Origin: Serratia phage 92A1
Strand: one strand, 5' to 3'
Sequence record: OR088902.1
Length of the DNA stretch: 24,000 nucleotides
A program made the position numbers and the translations under genes. Below the pieces are notes generated by a model, which did not search any database, had not been told where the DNA came from, and saw only the letters and a program-made list of their open reading frames with translations. Below, in pieces: positions 16,035 through 23,732 of this stretch; position 1 is the stretch's first letter; each line of letters begins with the position of its first letter.

Positions 16035-17450
16035 TTATTCAAACTTCAGAGTTTCAGCCAGTTCATCAAGCTTAGCTCTATTATTCTCTTCTTTTTCTTT
16101 AATCATGTCACCAGCAACTTCGTTCAGTACTTTCTGTCCAGCCTTGGCTGTAGCATCAGTCTCGTACCAACGTTGGTTACCTTTCTTAACACCAATCGTT
16201 ATGTGCTTGTTCTTGTTTTTATCGCCGTAACGAGATTTGATCTGGATAAGTAGTTGGCAACCTTGTTCAGCCAGTTCATCTACTTCGATGGCACCTAGCA
16301 TAAAGTCTGCTGTCGCTGGTAGACCTGCTGATTCTGCGACGTCACCCATTGTCATATCAGAAGCAGTCCATGAAGCACGTTGAGTCTGAGCACCTGACCA
16401 CATAATGGTGTTCGATTCTACTGCTAAACCACGTAACTCTTCAGCGATACTTTTAACCAATGTGTAACTATTATCTGAATTACGTACACGTGTACTGGCA
16501 CAGATGCCTAAGTAGTCGACAATGATTACGTCTGGGACGAAGTTCTTTTTCAGTTTCAGTTCATTTAACAATGCACGGAACGTGTTGGCGTTTGCACCAG
16601 ACGTTGGGTACTGTTTAATGATCAGTCGACCACCTGCGGTATTCTTCTTGTTAAAACGTTCCATACGTGCTTTATATTCAGCGTATGAAATATTGCCATC
16701 ATCAATGTCATCCAATGAGACATCAAGCAAGTTGGCATCGATACGCTTAGCACATACGTGTTCTGCCATCTCCATGGAGATATAAAGAACATTATTACCA
16801 GTTGTGAGGTAATCAGCAGCTAATGAACAAAGACCCAGAGACTTACCTACGTTTACACCTGCCATGATAATGTTCAGTGTACCACGTTCGGCTCCACCTT
16901 TAGTGATCAAGTTCAGAATAGGAAGATTAAACGCGATCTTATTCGCTTTGGACCGATACAATAACCAACGTTTTTCGTAGTCATCAAACCAGTCATGGCC
17001 AATATCAGAATCGAAACTGATGGCCAAAGCTTGTTGCATGATCTCAGGAATAGCACCTACATCAGGAATATTTTTATCTCGTTTACCTTTTGGTAATTGA
17101 GCATTACCTTGTATTTCGATAATCCGAGAAGTGGCATTATACATTGCCTTTTCTTGAACATACTTTTCAGTATTATCTACTAACCAATCAAAGTCTTCAG
17201 GCGTGTTCTGGAGTCCTTTAAGCAGTGATTTAGCTCCATCCAGTTCCGTTTCTGAAACAGTTGATTTGTCAAGGGCAATGTTAAGGGCCGTAGTGGTAGG
17301 CACATTATTATAATTGTCAATATGACTTTTGATTTCTTTGAATAGAGTTTGAGCAGGACCTTTCTCAAAATATTCCTCATTCATATAAGGCCATACTCTT
17401 ACAAAGTATGAGCTATTGTAAATTAGTTGAGCCAGAATTGTTTCTACCAC
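16035..17450 (-). CDS. 41: replicative DNA helicase (T4 gp41-like, DnaB family)
   Basis: Walker A 'MAGVNVGKSLGLCSLAADYL', 'YISMEMAEHVCAKRID' and 'IIVDYLGICAS'. Confidence 0.95.
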   Translation of the reverse strand: MVETILAQLIYNSSYFVRVWPYMNEEYFEKGPAQTLFKEIKSHIDNYNNVPTTTALNIALDKSTVSETELDGAKSLLKGLQNTPEDFDWLVDNTEKYVQEKAMYNATSRIIEIQGNAQLPKGKRDKNIPDVGAIPEIMQQALAISFDSDIGHDWFDDYEKRWLLYRSKANKIAFNLPILNLITKGGAERGTLNIIMAGVNVGKSLGLCSLAADYLTTGNNVLYISMEMAEHVCAKRIDANLLDVSLDDIDDGNISYAEYKARMERFNKKNTAGGRLIIKQYPTSGANANTFRALLNELKLKKNFVPDVIIVDYLGICASTRVRNSDNSYTLVKSIAEELRGLAVESNTIMWSGAQTQRASWTASDMTMGDVAESAGLPATADFMLGAIEVDELAEQGCQLLIQIKSRYGDKNKNKHITIGVKKGNQRWYETDATAKAGQKVLNEVAGDMIKEKEENNRAKLDELAETLKFE

Positions 17451-17462
17451 AGTAACCTCATA

Positions 17463-17810
17463 TTAAAATAATCCGAATAGCTTTTTACGTTTAGGCCTAT
17501 TCATAACCTCTTTGATCTGAGCTTCTAGACATTGTTGAGCCAGTTCTTGTACTATATCCTTATTCTCGCTAGGCGTATTGAATTCGAATATAACCTGGCC
17601 GCCGGTGTACTCAAGATGCGTAATATAAGCAATATGGTGTGTACCTTCTTTATCGATAACTACCATTTCTTGAATAACATTTTTCATTGCTTCTTTGACT
17701 AGCCCAAGAGACTTTTCATATATCTGAGCTTCAGATAAATCGGGCGGAGTTTCCTCCGCCACTTCAAAATTCTCTAGACCAGACAGATCAATATCAGTCT
17801 TCGTACTCAT
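17463..17810 (-). CDS. 40: gp40-like protein (by synteny)
   Basis: 115-aa ORF exactly between uvsX and 41, where T4 has gene 40 of nearly identical length. Basic/aromatic C-terminus 'KRKKLFGLF'. Confidence 0.6.
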   Translation of the reverse strand: MSTKTDIDLSGLENFEVAEETPPDLSEAQIYEKSLGLVKEAMKNVIQEMVVIDKEGTHHIAYITHLEYTGGQVIFEFNTPSENKDIVQELAQQCLEAQIKEVMNRPKRKKLFGLF

Positions 17811-18948
17811 CTAGTTGGGATTCCAAATCGATTGTTTTAGCAGAAGTTGTTGGCACAACGAAGTCTTCAACATCAGCATTCAAAAGGTCTTCAACTTCAG
17901 CTTCAACAGCTTTGTCAGACACGATTTCACCTAGTTTGTAACGACGTTTAATAGCATCACGGAATGGTTCGTGTTTAAACACAGGAGCCCAGAACGTTGA
18001 ACTATTGGTGTCTTTTGCACGCCAGTTCTTTTCTTCTTGACACATTTCACCGGTTTCTTTATTCAAGAAACTACGTGAATACCAGCCGTTCTTAGGTTTA
18101 ACAACAAAACCTAATTCCATAGCCATGTCAAGCAAACCACTGAACGGAGAAATACCGCCATCAAATGTAACATCAATAAAGAACTTGGATTTCTCTTTAA
18201 CGGTACGAGATTTCTCAGAGTTCAGTACGAATGAATACCCTTGCAGCTCTTCACCTTTTTCTTTGATCTGACGACGACCAATGATGAATACGCTATCGGC
18301 AGAATACATCACACCAGTACCACCAGTCATTACGGTCTTACTGAACATTTCCATTGTTTCGATTGTATGGTTAATAGCCACACAAGGGATATCTTTCAAT
18401 GTGAAATATGGAGTAGCCATACGGAACAGTGATTTCAGCTGTTTAGCACGAGACATATCTGCTACTGATTTTTCATTCAACGCATCTTCAACTTCTTTCT
18501 TAGAAGCCGTGTTACCGATGGAGTCAATGAACACAATAACCTTTTCGCCACGTTCAATAGCTTCTAACTGGTTGATCATATCGATCTTAAGCTCTTCAAC
18601 GTTCTTAATTGGAGTATGAACCACACGATCTGGATCAACACCCATTGAACGAAGATAAGCTTCTGTGATACCGAATTCAGAGTCATAGAACAGACAAATA
18701 GCATCAGGGTGCGCTTTCATATACGCTGACACTAATACCAAACCCATATTTGATTTAAAGTGTTTAGAAGGACCCGCTAACACAGTCATACCGGCTTGAA
18801 GACCACCATCTAACGCACCCGCAAGGGCAATGTTCAACATAGGGATCTTAGTACGAACAACGTCTTTCTCGTTAAAGAATTTAGACTTGCTCAGAACACC
18901 AGTCATTTTGTTAGTGGAAGCTTTAACCAAACGATCTTTTAAGGACAT
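17794..18948 (-). CDS. uvsX: UvsX RecA-like recombinase
   Basis: Walker A 'LAGPSKHFKSNMGLVL', 'ICLFYDSEFGITEAYLRSMGVDPDRVVHTP' and 'VIVFIDSIGNTASKKE'. Confidence 0.95.
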   Translation of the reverse strand: MSLKDRLVKASTNKMTGVLSKSKFFNEKDVVRTKIPMLNIALAGALDGGLQAGMTVLAGPSKHFKSNMGLVLVSAYMKAHPDAICLFYDSEFGITEAYLRSMGVDPDRVVHTPIKNVEELKIDMINQLEAIERGEKVIVFIDSIGNTASKKEVEDALNEKSVADMSRAKQLKSLFRMATPYFTLKDIPCVAINHTIETMEMFSKTVMTGGTGVMYSADSVFIIGRRQIKEKGEELQGYSFVLNSEKSRTVKEKSKFFIDVTFDGGISPFSGLLDMAMELGFVVKPKNGWYSRSFLNKETGEMCQEEKNWRAKDTNSSTFWAPVFKHEPFRDAIKRRYKLGEIVSDKAVEAEVEDLLNADVEDFVVPTTSAKTIDLESQLDEYED

Positions 18949-19009
18949 ATCATAATCTCATAAATTACGATAATAATATAATCTTCACATCATGTTTAAG
19001 GTAGGATAA

Positions 19010-19564
19010 TTATAACTTAATTACGTAATCAGCGATTTCGTTTAACAACTCAGGATAATAAGATGTTTCACGTAGCACTTTATTGTTTTCATCATGCTCT
19101 AACAGCTTAATAGAATCGATACCAAACCGATCATATTCCGATTCAAACAAGTCGATCACTTTGTTAAAGCCACCGTCAGAAAGACTAATTAAGTCATCTT
19201 CAAAGTCACAAGTGATTTTATTGCGAGTTAACCCTAAGACCATCACAGAATGATTAGAAGTCAGACGTTTAAAGTCTTCACGATAAACTTCAACTGCTTT
19301 CTTTTCAGATGGAGTCATTGCACGTAGTTCACCATAAACGATATTGCTTATGTAACCACGATCAAGTACAAACAATCTGTCATTAGGGAGATAATCGAGC
19401 ATAGTCTCAAAGATAGCTACTTCGTTCCGTGATTCAATAGTGAACCGCCCGGAGGCGGTCCTTTTTGGAAACGAAAGTTGCTCAATGTTGACCATAGAAA
19501 GTTTGTTGATTAATGTAGTTTTACCTGCATTATCTGGACCTTCTATTAAAAGGATGTTGGCCAT
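19010..19564 (-). CDS. thymidylate-kinase-like P-loop (deoxy)nucleotide kinase
   Basis: 184 aa: P-loop 'LIEGPDNAGKTTLINKL', 'FVLDRGYISNIVYGE' (DR motif). In the coupled cassette upstream of uvsX. Confidence 0.65.
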   Translation of the reverse strand: MANILLIEGPDNAGKTTLINKLSMVNIEQLSFPKRTASGRFTIESRNEVAIFETMLDYLPNDRLFVLDRGYISNIVYGELRAMTPSEKKAVEVYREDFKRLTSNHSVMVLGLTRNKITCDFEDDLISLSDGGFNKVIDLFESEYDRFGIDSIKLLEHDENNKVLRETSYYPELLNEIADYVIKL

Positions 19565-20478
19565 ATTGGTCCTTCGATGATTAAATCTTTCAAGAATGGT
19601 AAGAAGATACCCGGTGGAAGACTGAAGCGTACATCAAAATAAATCATTTCAGCCAAACCAGGATGGAATACAAAGTAAGGATTCTCATTATATCTTACTA
19701 CCGGACGAGCCTTTAAGATGCGATAATATTCGTTCTTTGATGGTTTGATAACGACCACGTTTGGATAATCACCCGTATACGACTCATTAGGGTCAGTAAT
19801 GTACACGGTATGATCCTTATACAACTCAATAGTCTCTTCCCACTTATATGCTGGATCACTAAGACGGAACGGGAAGAACATCGTCAGCGGACGCTCTGGG
19901 GTTCCTTCGAGTTCAATTGGATCACCTTCAGCCATCTTATCCAGAAGTTCTGGTTTAATGACACGTTGAGTCAATGTGAACTTAGCCGCAGTCAGATCAG
20001 GGAATTTCATCTTCATGTTTTGGACTTGACGTTCATTCAGAACAAACGTAGTCTTTGCATGTCTGATGCATTCATAATCCATATCAACAAACTCATCAAT
20101 ATAAGGACGATCCAATTGAGGATCCCAACTGATATTAAAGTTATTGATGAATGGGAATGTACCTTTATACCCAGTGATATCGGTGATAATACGATCGACA
20201 CCTTTCATACGAGCTAATGAATCGATGATGTTACCATTGTAAGCCCAGAACTTCTTACGAGTTTCATAAGCGTTTTCCATATACGCGATACGGAATACCT
20301 GCTTAGCTGGTACATATTTGTATAGCTCACGAACATCAGCTGTATTGTTAGGGATAACAAGGAAATCCCCAGGCTGATACCTGGAGAGATGCAGTTGCAT
20401 GTTACCATCTTTCATTACGTGATACTGACCGTCCGTGTGTGAACGCATAGAATAGATTGGAACAATTAAATTAACCAT
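19546..20478 (-). CDS. putative GT-B-like glycosyltransferase
   Basis: 310 aa. C-terminal half 'MFFPFRLSDPAYKWEETIELYKDHTVYITDPNES...VVIKPSKNEYYRILKARPVVRYNENPYFVFHPGLAEMIYFD' resembles the nucleotide-sugar-binding half of GT-B enzymes. Sits in the T4 beta-gt position. Confidence 0.5.
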   Translation of the reverse strand: MVNLIVPIYSMRSHTDGQYHVMKDGNMQLHLSRYQPGDFLVIPNNTADVRELYKYVPAKQVFRIAYMENAYETRKKFWAYNGNIIDSLARMKGVDRIITDITGYKGTFPFINNFNISWDPQLDRPYIDEFVDMDYECIRHAKTTFVLNERQVQNMKMKFPDLTAAKFTLTQRVIKPELLDKMAEGDPIELEGTPERPLTMFFPFRLSDPAYKWEETIELYKDHTVYITDPNESYTGDYPNVVVIKPSKNEYYRILKARPVVRYNENPYFVFHPGLAEMIYFDVRFSLPPGIFLPFLKDLIIEGPIWPTSF

Positions 20479-21206
20479 TATTCACCATACATTGTTGTGT
20501 CTTTATAATCGCCCATAAAACTATATGCATATTCAAAGTCTCGAGCAAACACATGAGCGGATACCATTGTGTGCGAATAAGTTCCTAACTTCACACCACA
20601 CTGGTCTGCGATAAACTGCATTAGTTTACCTTGCAAGTATATATCAAGTTGTAACACGATCGCACAGTTCTGAGATCGCATATGGGTGTGAGCATACAAA
20701 AAACCATCACGAATATAGTATGTCAATGAATCAGTACATGGATATTCTAAGGTCTCATCGGAATCCAAGAGAGCTTGATCTTGTTCTTGGAGGATTTGGA
20801 AAACCACACGTCGTGAGTTTGGTTTGTCTTTGAGTTCTTTAAGTAACGCAGGAAGTTGCGCCACGATTCTCGGTCCATAGAACGTGTTGAAATTTGCTGG
20901 TAAAACATCAGATTTTGGTTTATTGATGAACTTAGCAACACTTGGATATTCCTTAAATGCTTCTTTGGCATCAGTACCGCCAGAGATCATGAATTGCCAA
21001 AATGCTTCAGCATAATCATAGTCAATACGATTGATACGTGGGTCTTCGAACTTGAACGTTGTTGGGTCATGAACTTCAAAGCTCATTGAACCTACTTCAT
21101 TACAACGACCAATACGTGATTCAGTTTCGAATTCAGGCATTGCCAGGATAACCTGGTTCACGCGTTTAAATGCATCTTCAAACGTTATGGTTTCAATATG
21201 TTTCAT
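20478..21206 (-). CDS. divergent thymidylate synthase/dCMP hydroxymethylase-fold enzyme (T4 gp42-related)
   Basis: 'YAEAFWQF', 'FNTFYGPRI', 'KPNSRRVVFQIL', catalytic 'YPCTDSLTYYIRDG', 'HMRSQN', 'VLQLDIYLQ' and 'SAHVFARDF' align in order with TS/gp42 motifs. Confidence 0.75.
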   Translation of the reverse strand: MKHIETITFEDAFKRVNQVILAMPEFETESRIGRCNEVGSMSFEVHDPTTFKFEDPRINRIDYDYAEAFWQFMISGGTDAKEAFKEYPSVAKFINKPKSDVLPANFNTFYGPRIVAQLPALLKELKDKPNSRRVVFQILQEQDQALLDSDETLEYPCTDSLTYYIRDGFLYAHTHMRSQNCAIVLQLDIYLQGKLMQFIADQCGVKLGTYSHTMVSAHVFARDFEYAYSFMGDYKDTTMYGE

Positions 21207-21460
21207 TCATAACACCTTATGTTTTCTTGCTGTTGTTTAGATTCGTTCATTATATCAACAAATACTCGACACACATGAGGATCTTTGATATTTGCTAACT
21301 TTTGGTCTTCTACTTCTTTATTCAGAATAGGAAGATCTAAAATGGCTTTAATGTGTCCAATTCGTTTAGTTGCATTAAATCGCTTTTCCAATAATGATTC
21401 GATAGCTGCATCATACACAGCCACAGTTTTACGAAGATCTTCAAGTTTACGGACTGTCAT
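21203..21460 (-). CDS. chorismate mutase, AroQ (all-alpha) class
   Basis: 85 aa: 'LRKTVAVYDAAIESLLEKRFNATKRIGHIKAILDLPILNKEVEDQKL...NESKQQQENI'. Hand alignment to E. coli P-protein CM retains equivalents of R11, R28, K39, E52, S84 and Q88. Confidence 0.75.
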   Translation of the reverse strand: MTVRKLEDLRKTVAVYDAAIESLLEKRFNATKRIGHIKAILDLPILNKEVEDQKLANIKDPHVCRVFVDIMNESKQQQENIRCYE

Positions 21461-21681
21461 GAGCGCTCCAACATTTTAAGATGACGGATCATTTCGTTAT
21501 TCATTAGGCCTACTGAACTGTGGATAAATGCATCCATATAGTATTCGACTAAGGAAGGGTCTTGTGACCCTTTTACCTCAGATTTAAACGCCGTCTCTAA
21601 TATGTCACGTAATTTCTGTGGGTGTTTAGAGACTGCACATTTTACTAAACGTTCGTTCAAGTTATGATTAATACGGTTCAT
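21457..21681 (-). CDS. hypothetical protein (74 aa)
   Basis: ORF with 4-nt overlaps on both sides, inside the cassette. Confidence 0.65.
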   Translation of the reverse strand: MNRINHNLNERLVKCAVSKHPQKLRDILETAFKSEVKGSQDPSLVEYYMDAFIHSSVGLMNNEMIRHLKMLERS

Positions 21682-22847
21682 TCTGCACCTTCTGGATATC
21701 TTAATTCGTCGTCAGACTCGGTTACGTTAACAACAAAAATGCTGTTTTCAGGTCGATCATTTTTACTTAATTGACGACGATAATATCGTTCACAGTATGT
21801 GCAAGTCGTACCACACAACTCATTGGCGCAATCAAAGTCAGGATGTCTGAACCAACGTTTCTCTAGGAACCCGTCTAGCAGCGAGGTTTCAATGTTGACA
21901 ACGTGGTCATATGAAACTTCAGACTTACCGTTATAGATTGTGTCTAGCGGCTTCCAGAGCTCAAGTAAATTACCTTCGAAGGTCTCAGATGCATAGGCTT
22001 CTAGGACTTTCATAATGTACTCGGTTGTCCCGGTACGGCCAGAGACTTTGAATTGATTAATGCCAATATCATTGTAAAGGTGTAAGTCTTGTGGACGTAC
22101 AAATCGAGTTCTTAGCCAGTTGAACGGATCAGTGTCTCGAGCCTTGATACAATGCTGCATCGGATAACCATTTAATGATTGAGCGTCATCGGCTGTATGA
22201 TCTGTGCTATGGAAAATATAGCATGAATCACGATATGTACAATGCGTAGTATAGCCTTTGCCTGCGTTAGAGCAAAACTCATTAGCAAGGATTTCAAGGA
22301 TAATACCATTTGCATTACAATACTTTGCAGCCTGTTTTAAGAAGTTCACTGAGCGGTTTTTGTGAATACCACAACAAACTTTCTTAATATTGTACTGCTC
22401 ATGAAGATATTTGATTTGAGTCACTGCATCAATGTGTGTAATCGTAGAAATCTCAAACTCGATTTCTTTATTAACTTCACGAACGATTTCCATCACTATT
22501 GGGTTAGCGACTGTAATACGCCATACACCGATTGACCACAAGTATTGAACATAGTCTTGTATGGCTTTCTTCCTGGATTCTACTAGCTCACGCTTTGAAC
22601 CAGGGTTAATAGAGTTAAACGTATAGTTAAAGCAAATGCCTAGTTCATTGCAGCGCTTAACGTAATGCTCTAATTGTTTGTTATCAACATCAGGCAAACG
22701 AAAGTCAGGACGCGCTGCTACAAAGGCCATTTCACGGGTGCTGCCGTACACTTCATTGATAAGGCTATTCGGATATCGTTCATTAAGTTCGACGATTTTA
22801 TCAAGAAGAGCCAGATCAAAATTTGTACCAATTTTAAAAGTATTCAT
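21678..22847 (-). CDS. U32-peptidase-family protein (RlhA/TrhP/UbiU-V-like fold, putative Fe-S hydroxylase)
   Basis: 389 aa. TIM-barrel-like N-terminus; 'ILANEFCSNAGKGYTTHCTYRDSCY' Cys cluster; 'WLRTRFVRPQDLHLYNDIGINQFKVSGRTGTTEYIMKVLEAYASETFEGNLLELW' typical of U32 proteins; extra C-terminal 'CANELCGTTCTYC' cluster. Confidence 0.75.
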   Translation of the reverse strand: MNTFKIGTNFDLALLDKIVELNERYPNSLINEVYGSTREMAFVAARPDFRLPDVDNKQLEHYVKRCNELGICFNYTFNSINPGSKRELVESRKKAIQDYVQYLWSIGVWRITVANPIVMEIVREVNKEIEFEISTITHIDAVTQIKYLHEQYNIKKVCCGIHKNRSVNFLKQAAKYCNANGIILEILANEFCSNAGKGYTTHCTYRDSCYIFHSTDHTADDAQSLNGYPMQHCIKARDTDPFNWLRTRFVRPQDLHLYNDIGINQFKVSGRTGTTEYIMKVLEAYASETFEGNLLELWKPLDTIYNGKSEVSYDHVVNIETSLLDGFLEKRWFRHPDFDCANELCGTTCTYCERYYRRQLSKNDRPENSIFVVNVTESDDELRYPEGAE

Positions 22848-22893
22848 TATTCACCTATAAGTTATGCGATGGCTTAGCAGGTGATTATAGTTA

Positions 22894-23340
22894 TTATTTT
22901 ACTGAGTTAACACACTGCTTTTCATATTCAAAATATGTTTCTAGAAGCAGCAGATCGTCTTCGTTATCTTTGGCTTGACGATCAATTAGTTCGTCCATAG
23001 TACTTGGTTCACCTTGGACTTTAATGTCTAAGTAATCTTTAGCCAGTCGTTTAACTGCATCACCCATACGTCGTACAACAGGATCATATTCGCGAAGCGA
23101 ATGCATAAACAACGATTCTTCTTGAAGATTACGTATAGGAAGATTATACTCTTTAATAATTTCAGCCAATTTATCTTGGCGTTCCGCATAAACTTTAAAG
23201 ACGTTTAACATAGCTTCTTCTGAATCACGAATATCAGAATAAGCCGCAGATAACATATCACCAGTAGAAATAGTCTTCGGCTTTGAAAGAGCGTCTATAC
23301 GCCTGTGAGCGGCTTGGAACTCTGATGAAAATATATCCAT
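22894..23340 (-). CDS. hypothetical protein (148 aa)
   Basis: ORF, predicted helical and charged. Confidence 0.65.
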   Translation of the reverse strand: MDIFSSEFQAAHRRIDALSKPKTISTGDMLSAAYSDIRDSEEAMLNVFKVYAERQDKLAEIIKEYNLPIRNLQEESLFMHSLREYDPVVRRMGDAVKRLAKDYLDIKVQGEPSTMDELIDRQAKDNEDDLLLLETYFEYEKQCVNSVK

Positions 23341-23342
23341 AA

Positions 23343-23702
23343 TTAAATCCTGTACGATTGTTTAGTTTCGAATTCACCTTTATACATCAAGGCTTTGAAT
23401 TCATCTGGGCGCATTGCTTTGTCATCGATAATCCAATCATAATATGGTTTATGAGTAAGCAGATTATGATATTTCAAACCAATCTTTTCAAGGTTCTTAA
23501 GGAGTCCAGGAAGAATATCTTTGGCAATACGGCCTGGACCACATGAACGCATACCACGAGCAGTATACAACGTTATCTCGTGCCCATCATGATACAACTG
23601 ATTGATGTATTGGACCATTTCTTCATCAGGAACGAAGTTCTCATAGTCTCGATCATTATTCCATTTGGTGATCGTTTCATCAATATCAAAAGTAAGATTC
23701 AT
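23343..23702 (-). CDS. HAD-superfamily phosphatase-like protein
   Basis: 119 aa: 'LTFDIDETI' (DxD), 'ITLYTARGM' (T), 'THKPYYDWIIDDKAM' (K...DD). Confidence 0.7.
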   Translation of the reverse strand: MNLTFDIDETITKWNNDRDYENFVPDEEMVQYINQLYHDGHEITLYTARGMRSCGPGRIAKDILPGLLKNLEKIGLKYHNLLTHKPYYDWIIDDKAMRPDEFKALMYKGEFETKQSYRI

Positions 23703-23710
23703 AAGTCCTC

Positions 23711-23730
23711 AAAAAGGGCCGAAGCCCTTT
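23711..23730 (-). terminator. UUCG-loop intrinsic terminator
   Basis: Minus strand AAAGGGC-TTCG-GCCCTTTTTG, between 23733..23954 and 23343..23702. Confidence 0.75.
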
Positions 23731-23732
23731 AT

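Noticed and set aside
17180-17380. Minus-strand 66-aa ORF within gp41
   Set aside because: Nested out-of-frame in the helicase gene.
20747-20971. Minus-strand 74-aa ORF inside the TS-like gene
   Set aside because: Nested out-of-frame inside a strongly supported coding region.
21678-22847. Interpretation of the U32 protein as a phage protease/collagenase
   Set aside because: U32 family members with well-defined biochemistry are hydroxylases, and gene context is nucleotide modification; proteolysis is not supported.
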